Source of the DNA: Paramecium tetraurelia
Lineage: Eukaryota
Length of the DNA: 64,000 nt
Assembly (NCBI GenBank): GCA_000165425.1
Contig: CT868063.1
Location: 248,001 to 312,000, forward strand
Direction of reading: 5' to 3'
Below are positions 55,131 to 64,000 of this stretch, in pieces (the first letter of the stretch is position 1; each line of letters begins with the position of its first letter). Both the position numbers and the translations under genes were made by a program. The notes beneath the pieces are model-generated. The model had not been told where the DNA came from and ran no database searches. It worked only from the letters and a program-made list of their open reading frames with translations.

Positions 55131-56603
55131 ATGAATATAAAGAGATAAGTGCCCTCAACTTCTTTCTTCGATATTTCAAAAGGCCCTTTGTGGTAAAACA
55201 CTACTGCCTCACGCAATATCAATGAGTCTATCTAAGAGAATTTTTACATATATTCTGAAAAGCAAAAAATCTATAAAATAAAGACATTTTACTTGTAAGG
55301 TCATTTCATTTTCAAAAGAAAAAAGAATGTAAGAATATTTCATTCTAATCTAAGGGTCAAAATCAAATTGCTGATATCCTCAATGCTACTATTTGTGAAG
55401 TTGAGCTTCCCTTTTATGGTGCCGGAATAAGAATTATTAAAGCAGGTCAAATTATCGAAATATATGGCATGACAATAACTTGGCTTCAACAATTGAGGTT
55501 TTATTGTATTCAGTAAGACTTTGCAAACAAATACTCCATCATCAGATTACTTGGCAAAGGCACATTTGGAAAAGTATGAAATTATTTTTAAATCTTAGGT
55601 GTTCAAAATAAAATCTAGAATTACACAATAAGACTTTGCTGTCAAAGTATTTGAGAAAAAGGCCATTTCCAATTATTAAGATTATCTATTAATAACAAAG
55701 GAGCTTCAAATAATTAGAAGTCTAAATCATCCAGGAATCACCAAATTTTTTGAAACCTATGAAAATGATGAACATATTTTTTTAATATATGAAATGGTGG
55801 AACAAGGAGAATTATACACCTTCATTAAAGAAAAGCATCTTTCAGAAGAGGAAGCTTTGTTGATTCTCAAACAATTATTATAGGCCCTCCTTTATATTCA
55901 CTCCAAAGGAATTTTACATAGAGACTTAAAGCCTTCCAACCTTCTGGTAAGGGATAGAAACACTTTATCAATAGCAATTGCAGATTTTGGGTTGGCCGAA
56001 TTCTATAGAGTCGATGGAAAATATATTTTTACAAGATGTGGGACTCCTGGATATGTTGCTCCAGAGGTATTACAGGACAAAATTTACGATTATAAAATAG
56101 ATATTTATAGCGCAGGTGTCATTCTTTTTATGATGCTGAGTGGTGGTAAATCTCCTTTCAATAGCACTGATCCAGAGGAGAGATTGTACCAAAATTATAA
56201 AAGTCTTGTAGATTACTCTTTGGTTTCAAATATCTCTGAAGCAACTTATAATCTACTACAAAGCATGCTTGAACCTGATAATATCAAAAGGATATCAGCA
56301 AGAGCTGCTTTAAATCATTAGGTTTTTCGAAACAAAAGAACCAGTAAGTGCACTATTATGATCAAGAAAACTCCAAGAAGCATTGATAAAATTACAGCTC
56401 CAAGAGTCATAATAAATACAAATAATAATTTAGATAAATATTTATAATTATCCCCGAAATTATAAAATTTATCATCGAAACCTTAAAATAATATGAAATA
56501 GGAGGCTATAAGAAGGGGATATTAAAAAATGCAAACATTTTCACATAGATCTCCCCAACTATCGCCATTGCAATCTTAAACCAAATTCGAACCATTCCCA
56601 TGA
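55131..56603 (+). CDS. CAMK-group Ser/Thr kinase, tandem paralog of 53412-54852
   Basis: LGKGTFGKV, FAVK, HRDLKPSN, IADFG and CGTPGYVAPE. Same two intron positions as the neighbour. Confidence 0.93.
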
Positions 56604-57015
56604 AAAATATTGTATTAATTTATATATTTTAATTCATATAACAATATCATTCTTTCTTTAATCATACTTTTAATTGGGAATTAAAATTTTAATTTTTCCT
56701 TAAGTAGTTACATATATATATTATAATAATTATCAAAAACTCACTGAAACTGAAATAATTTAGTATAATCATAATATTTTAAATGAAATTATTGTTTTAT
56801 TAAATGTTATCCTCCTCGACCATATTTTAAAGTACTTATTTTTTAAATGAATTAATTGTAATATTTTTAGCTATTATATTTTATTTTGATTAACAAATAA
56901 TGATGAATTAGTAGACCAAAATTACATTAATAAAATTCTATTTTAATAAAATATTTATCTTATGACCATACTTGATAATATATATTTAAATTATGTAATA
57001 GATAATAATTTTAAT

Positions 57016-58720
57016 TCATATATCACTGACAACTTGCTCCTCAATTTGTTGACTTTTTTGCCATTTAAAACTTTAACTTGAAAAAAGCTTGGGACCTTTA
57101 GCCTGTTTTGATTATTCTTTTTCGTATAATTTTTACATTATTCTTTCAATTTCTCTAGCTTATGGTCGTTATTATGGATCTTCTTTTAAACACTACTTAA
57201 TTACATCCATAAATTCTTTATCATAATTGTATTATTAAAGTTTTCCCTCTATGACTTAAGGGGAATAATATTGATTAAAATCAAGACAGATTCTTGCTCC
57301 TGGATATTACCCTTTATTGGCTACTTCGTATATTGTTAATCCATATTGCCATATATCAACAGAATGGTCTCTTAATTTTCGTTATTCTGGAGGATTATAT
57401 TCTGGTGTATTGGTTTGATCAAAATAATCAATATCTAAGCCTTAGTTGTCTTTTTATTGAATTATGGATCTATCAAAATCAGCGATGTGAATTTGGCCGT
57501 AAAGAATATTTTGATTGGTCAAAAACAAATTCTCTGGCTTCAAATCTCTGTGTTTAATTCCTGCAAAATGCAAAAGAGCTAATCCTTTAATGAACTAATA
57601 AGCAATTGCATAAACAATTAATTTTGTAAAATAAACAGATTGATTTTAATTCATTAATTCGAAATACTATCTCAGATTCTTACAATAATATCTCATAAAT
57701 AAATAAGATTGATCCAAGATCCTTATATATTTAAAACAAGCAGCTATTTCATGATTAACTTCAAATAATTCCATTAATTAAATTTCTCTTGTGATATTGA
57801 CTTTAACATCTTCAATATCTTGATCCTCTTCTCCTTAGATTTTTGTGGATTTAGCTATTATATCTTAAGTCAAAGGGAAGCTGAAAATCTTTTCAAAAAC
57901 TGGTAATTTTTAGAATTTGTAAATATGAGAATTTGCTTGATAGTCAGCCAATTGTGTATAGTTGGACACTTTAAAAATGTGTTGGAAAACTTTAAAATAT
58001 TAGGCATTTTCATAATCCTTAACTATTAAATTGAAGGTTGACAAAATGGATTCAGTGAAAGATTCTATTGTATTGGCTTCAAAATGAAATTGATCAATTT
58101 CTTAAATTTCATTTAATTGAAAGTTATTCCTAACTCAATATTAATATATAGAAGTTACTAAATTGTTTTAAGTAATTCAAGGATTATGTATCAGTTGATT
58201 TCTCATAATAATGAAACTCTTGCATATTGATAAAAACTATTCCGTCGATGAGTACTAATTGATTTAGATTTGTAATATTGAAAGGAATTTTTCTCTTCGC
58301 CATTTCTAAAAGGGCTAAAGTTTATATATATATAACAGATTTACTTATGCTTAGTTAAACCATGATAGAAACCTTCGTATTCTTATCCAAATGTTTAATT
58401 GATTCAACACTTAACTAGTAATTTTATAAAAATGGATAGACTATAATGAATTAATCATCCTCATGATAAAAGTCTTCTTTATTTATAATATTTAGTATTT
58501 TTATTTATTTCACTAAGTAAAACATATCGATGATATCCCTTTATTATTTATTAAAAGGGTAGTAGGCAGCGATATATTTTTATTTAGACTCCTGATCATT
58601 TTTCTTGACAACAATCTAATATTTGTTATAAGGTTTATCTTGTTTGGAGAAGTCATTAAATTCTTGGAGGATATCATAATCAGCACCGAAACTGATTATT
58701 TTTATTGATTAAAACAACAT
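57016..58720 (-). CDS. Atypical protein kinase, paralog of 46101-48428 (degenerate kinase-like domain plus DFD kinase)
   Basis: [35 protein letters not shown] and CLKEDPQQRP. Two short introns. Confidence 0.85.
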
Positions 58721-59190
58721 TGAATTTATATTTATAAATCATTTTTGATATGAGAAATTGCAAATAAATAGTAATTATAATCTAATTATGGAGAAATCAA
58801 ATTTGGTAAAAATATTATCACTTGCATTTAACACTATATATATTAGATATATTAGTAACATAAAATATATATTTTACTAAGCAAGATACATGTAACCAAA
58901 AGAAATTCTATCTGGCTAAATTATTGATCATAGGAAATTATTTAAAGAACTATTGTTGACATGTAATAAATAAAAATCTCAATGAATTCCTATTACTTGA
59001 TTATTTAATAAAGTATCTCTATTGAAAAAGGATAAAGAAAATTTTAGTATTAAGATATTAATGATAAACTATGATATATTTCGAGTAGTCTTTATCTTTA
59101 TTATATCATAAGGTTATTAAGTATTATCTAATGAAAATAGATTATTATTATATCATTAAAAACATAATTGTAAATCCTTACTATGATTCG

Positions 59191-59791
59191 TCATAAATCC
59201 TCTGAAACAACCTCAACACTGCAACTTGACAATATGACTTTAGCCTTTGGTTTTCCACTTTATTATCCTTTAGATTCAATCTTTTTTACTAATTCCATAT
59301 TTTCTATGACTCTGCCAAAAACTACATGTTTTCCATTTAACTAAAAACCCATAATATATATTTAATACCCAATTAGTATCAGCAGTTGTAATAAAGAATT
59401 GACTTCCATTGGTATTTGGCCCTGCATTGGCCATTGAAATGCATCCAACTTCATGATTTAAGTCTAAATTTTCATCATCAAATATTTTTCCATAAATTGA
59501 TTCTCCTCCAGTACCATTTCCTTTAGTGAAATCACCTCCCTAAATCATGAAGTAAGGAATAATTCTATGGAATGGTGAACCCACATAGCTTTTTCCTGCC
59601 TATTCGCCAGTACATAAAGCTCTGAAATTTTCGACTGTCCTAGGTACAACATTCCCGAACAAACCGAGAGTGATTTCTCCTTACTTCCTGTTATCAATAG
59701 TAACACCTATCTTCACTTTGTGTGTTATTGTTTGCTTAGATAATTGAGATAGAACGCCAAAAGATAATAAACAAAGAATAATAATTTTCAT
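59191..59791 (-). CDS. Secretory-pathway cyclophilin (peptidyl-prolyl isomerase, cyclophilin B-like)
   Basis: Signal peptide, [48 protein letters not shown] and [10 protein letters not shown]. Ends SEDL (KDEL-like). Confidence 0.95.
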
Positions 59792-59846
59792 AATTATTTG
59801 TATTTATAATATCAATAGATTTCATTTAAATTCCCCCTAAGAACAA

Positions 59847-61115
59847 TCATATATCATTATCAATTATTTTTTATTTAGCAATAAAAGCTTGAAAACTATT
59901 ATATATTGCCAGAGGTATTAGTGTAACCGCATAAATCATAACAAATAGAATAATAATAAAGGGTAAGTTAACAATTAGCAAAATAATCTTGAGAGGATCT
60001 TGACTTTCGCAGATTGGGTCAATCTTATTTACAAAATAATCAAGTATTTGAGGTATCTAAATAAAGATCATGGAATAAACTGAATATAAGACCAAAATTA
60101 AAGTTGCGAATAGAAATTAAATGATTATCTTAAATTTTGGGATTTACTTTTATTTCTTTCTCAATTCTCTGTATTTGTTCACACAATTGTCACATTTGCG
60201 TTTTGAGAATAATGTGATTTTGGTTTCAGCTTTGCAGTCATAGCAAAATAGTCTTTTGCAAACATAGCATTCATATATATTAGATTTCCATTCTCTATAT
60301 AAATATTTAATATAATACTTAAATTTCTTGGAAGGCTCATTGATATAACAGAAATGTGGTTAGCAGATACTATTACAACAATAGCATCGAAAACATTTGT
60401 GTTCTTCTAAATAGTTCTTTAGCAAAATCTCATTGCTGCATTCAAGTCCAGGATGAACTGTTCTACATTTAAAACAGAATTGAATGTGACACAATTAGCA
60501 TTTGCATTAATTTAAAGAGATGATCTCCACATTTCCTTAAATATAACTAGGCCAAACGGACCAAAATCCAGAGCATCTCTATCCAATGCAATGAATTTAT
60601 TTGGTTATTGGTATCCATTTTATCAATTAAGGAGGTTCAAGATATAAAAACATGAGTTGATAATTAATATTTACATTACAATCATATTGGAGGCATTTTA
60701 CTGTAATATCAAAATTATTTTAAATGTAGGATGATATACAAGTTTCACAAAAAAAGTGATTCTGATTGCACACTTTGATCAGCATTCTAGTTTGATAGCA
60801 TATTTAGCATTGAGAAAAAGAAAAATCAAATTAAGATGTAGGAGTCATTGTCAATTTACAATAATAATTATGAATAGGACTTTGAAACAGTTTGTATTAG
60901 GTAGATAAGCCATATTTAACTTTTAAAAGAGAGATTTAATCTAAGCAATTAAAGCATACATATAGAGAGTTAACTTTTTTAAATTTAGAACTGATTATCT
61001 TTTGACAGCAATGACATTCAATCTAATTCTGATTTTTCTTTATTTTTTATTCAATCATAATCTGAGATTCATCTACCTTTGTTGAGAATTATTAAGGTTC
61101 CTAGTGAGGATTCAT
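59847..61115 (-). CDS. RING-IBR-RING-like zinc-finger protein with two C-terminal TM helices
   Basis: RING1-like CQIC..CNQNHFFCETC..CLQYDC. IBR-like C..C..CQLCHIQFCFKCRTVHPGLEC. Third cluster CYCC..CYVCKRLFCYDC. Hydrophobic tail. Confidence 0.78.
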
Positions 61116-61803
61116 ATATATAAATTAATATTATTAATTAATCTTAGGAAAAGATGTAAAATATAAGCTCAAAACTGTTTTGATCCAATAAAAGGATCGG
61201 ATATATTTTAACGATATTGTTTTATAGATGGGATCTTATTAAAAAATAAATGGAAGATGGAAAATTCAGAAATTTATGTTGATGATCTTAGAATACCTAA
61301 ACCCTTAATAACACCAATTATTATTATATATTCAGTTAAACTTATTAAGAAACAGAAATCTTGGAAAGGTTCTAGAAAATTTTAGAAGTAATCGAAAAAC
61401 TAAAACAGTAAGATAGAGCAATATTCTTATATTAAAAAATGCGGTTTGCGAGTTTAGAATTTAGATAGATACTTGAAATGAGAAAATTGATAATTATATT
61501 TCAATGTATCAAGTTAGATTTTTCAATTAAGAGTGTTATAAGAAAGAAAATAGTTTGCTATATGAAATAGTAAGTAAAAGCTATTCCGATATTGGTTGAG
61601 TAAACAAAGTAACAGTAGGAAGGAAAAACCTATTTATAATAATTTAAAATGCCTGAACTTTCCGAAACTCAAGTAGAACATATGCATATCTAAGTGAGAA
61701 CAAATAGGAATTAGGATTATCGGTGTTCATATTCAAATCTATAACAGTTAGTTGGAAATGGTAAATAGACATATAATTTATATTGTAATAAAATGAATAT
61801 TGA

Positions 61804-62130
61804 ATGAATTTAAATATAAAATATATACCAGGCTCGACAATTTATCAAGATGATTTAAGGGTGAGATAATTTAGATAGTCACATTAAACAAAATCTTAAT
61901 GCTGTTCGCATCCGCCAAGTAACCGTTCAAATTTTGAACTTCCGAAATGTCACAATATCGAAATAGATTTCTCTAAGTTTATTTAGCTAAAGAATTTGAG
62001 GCCGTCATTATAAATAAAATAATAGAAAAAAGAATAATAATAGAAATAACTTAGATTACCTTTGTTATTGAAGTAGGACAAGCCAACTCTTGCGAAAAGG
62101 AGAAGGAGTCTTAATTTATTTGTTATATGA
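61804..62130 (+). CDS. Small basic hypothetical protein, 108 aa
   Basis: 327-nt code-6 ORF, MNLNIKYIPGSTIYQDDLR...KRRRSLNLFVI-TGA. Confidence 0.55.
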
Positions 62131-62213
62131 TGAGAACGATTGAAAAAATGATTATAATACAAATTTTAGTTATTATTTTTCTTTCGTTTTTTAAATTTTG
62201 CTGAGTGAGGATT

Positions 62214-62458
62214 TCATTCATAGTCTCTTAGTTTTTCAATCAAATAATCTATGACTAAAACTTATTTATCGAATTTCTGAGTAGATGATTTTCTTGAGCT
62301 TTATGAATCTGATTCTAAGTCATTTAAATTGAATTCCTCAAGACTATCTAAAGAGGGACTTGGCAGAGGTCTAGAATAATATTTAATAAATACCTTGTTT
62401 TTAATGGTGAAGAAGGAGTAAAGCTTGTTTTGAATTGAAAAAGGTTTTAATTATCCAT
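62214..62458 (-). CDS. Small Ser/Pro-rich hypothetical protein (~73 aa)
   Basis: MDNQNLFQFKTSFTPSSPLKTRPLPSPSLDSLEEF...IEKLRDYE-TGA, with one canonical 23-nt intron. Confidence 0.6.
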
Positions 62459-62674
62459 AAAGATGACTAACTATTAAAAATATATATTTATTTAATTTCA
62501 AATTGAAAATCACTAATTAAAATTTGTAATTTAATAGAATTCTACAAAATTAATTTGAAAAGATTATAATTCTAGGATATAACTTTATCATATCAATATG
62601 TAGCCAATAGAAATTGATGTATTAGAAATTGAAAAAAGAACCATTTATTTTTGATTTCGATGATATTATAATAA

Positions 62675-64000
62675 TCATAATAATTTATGACTTAATGTAG
62701 GCATGGACAACTCCGTTATTGGAGGTGTGATTGTAAAAGTAACTAATCTTTCACCTTATGGAGGTATAAAACTCTTGAAATAATAACCTCTTTCCGGTTT
62801 GGTCAATTTACAACCTCCCTTGTTCACTAAGTTTGTTTCAAAGTTCACTTATTGATTGGATTCATTCTTATAATAGATGTAACCAATTCTAAAAATAGTA
62901 AACAATAAATAACCCTAGATTTCCATTATTGTCCATCTTCATAGTGATTCCTGGCAATACTTCTTCCACCTTATTGTTGGATCTGACTTGATGCATCATT
63001 GTCTAAGAAACAAGATTTGGATCCCTGGGAACTTCCTTCAATTACACATATTGTTCTCCATAAGTGCTCAACACAACTGAATGTTCATTCCAAGATGGTA
63101 CATGCCATTTGATTTTGATGTATAAAATGTATTTACCAGGAGTGAAATTCTCTCCTACTCTGCCAACATGTGTTTCAATGTCCTTATAGAATTTTCCCTC
63201 TAAGTATTCATATCCATTTTGTAATTCCTTTGCTAATAAGAGTCTAACATAAGAGTATTCATATTTCAATTCAGGTTGAGATCTATATTATCTTGTAGAT
63301 TCTTAATGAATGGCAAAGAAGTATTCTCCTTCTTTTTTAATTTCGAATTCGAAATACACTCCCTTGTTCCTTCTAACGTTGAATCTCATAGAGTTATAAA
63401 TGTAATCAGTTTTGAAATATCCACAGAACACTGAAAAGAAGTATTTGGTATAATCATCTAATGACATAAAAAAGATTCCGTCATTTTCCTTTCCAGTATT
63501 TCCAGCCTACTCTCTTAATTCAGGGGTCCACAAATCTGATTCGTCACTCCAATCACCCTTCCATTCTTTACGTGCCCATGGATTTCTTATCTTAAGTAAA
63601 TGAACTTATCCTCTTTAAGGATGATTTACAGTCTTAACATTTAAGATAGAGTATGCATGTCCTGGTTCTAATCCAATAGCAGAGTAGTCAGCATTTTTAC
63701 TATAAGTACCAGTCACCATAACACACTTTTGTTTAACGCAAGTAATGAAATTTTCTTTGAAATTTGGCTTGTTTGTTAATAAAAGCCAAACTGGACCTCC
63801 TGTAATTGTTTTGATAACTTCTCTGGGATCTCCAGCATCAATATTAGTATAGGACCCATTTACTTTTGCCCATGATTTCTCTAACAATGACACCCAAATC
63901 TCTTTATCAGCATTTTTGGTAAAGGCAATTTTGCCATTTTTTACTGGTATATTATCATCTATAGGGATAACTTTCCACTCTCCATTAATGCACATCTTAA
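62675..64000 (-). CDS. Calpain-family cysteine protease, 5' partial
   Basis: WVSLLEKSWAKVNGSY, GHAYS (catalytic His), KIRNPW (catalytic Asn), WKGDWSD, DGIFFM and a domain III-like region. Confidence 0.93.

Noticed and set aside
61257..61860. IYVDDLRI (61257 frame) resembling IYQDDLRV (61804 gene)
   Set aside because: The similarity is limited to about 8 residues, too little to claim a duplication.
820..64000. Apparent clustering of Ca2+ and membrane-traffic genes (GDI, MFS, REEP, DHHC, channel, flippase, calpain, EF-hands)
   Set aside because: These families are highly expanded in ciliates and the orientations are mixed. There is no evidence for an operon-like system.

Overview
This is gene-dense, very AT-rich ciliate DNA that looks like a Paramecium macronuclear chromosome. 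TAA/TAG read as Gln, TGA is the only stop, and genes carry 20-30 nt GT..AG introns. The supplied standard-code ORF track therefore fragments the real genes and includes many antisense artefacts. Reading by hand in genetic code 6 gives about 27 genes: Rab GDI, an HTH protein, an AGC kinase, two EF-hand proteins, an MFSD1-like transporter, a head-to-head pair of ~3000-aa Cys-rich multi-pass surface proteins, a secreted permuted-papain-type enzyme, a REEP/HVA22 protein, an LRR-ankyrin protein, a DHHC palmitoyltransferase, an IP3R/RyR-type Ca2+-release channel, a P4-ATPase with an apparent 1-nt frameshift, two tandem CAMK-type kinases, an ER cyclophilin, an RBR-like zinc-finger membrane protein, a calpain (partial) and several hypotheticals. 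The most unusual items are two paralogous proteins with a degenerate kinase-like domain fused ahead of an atypical DFD kinase, and a channel with a non-canonical filter (GALGQ) and an RyR-like gate residue. No transposon, CRISPR array, rRNA or tRNA was recognised. All gene models were translated by eye with no database searches, so intron and start positions may be slightly off.
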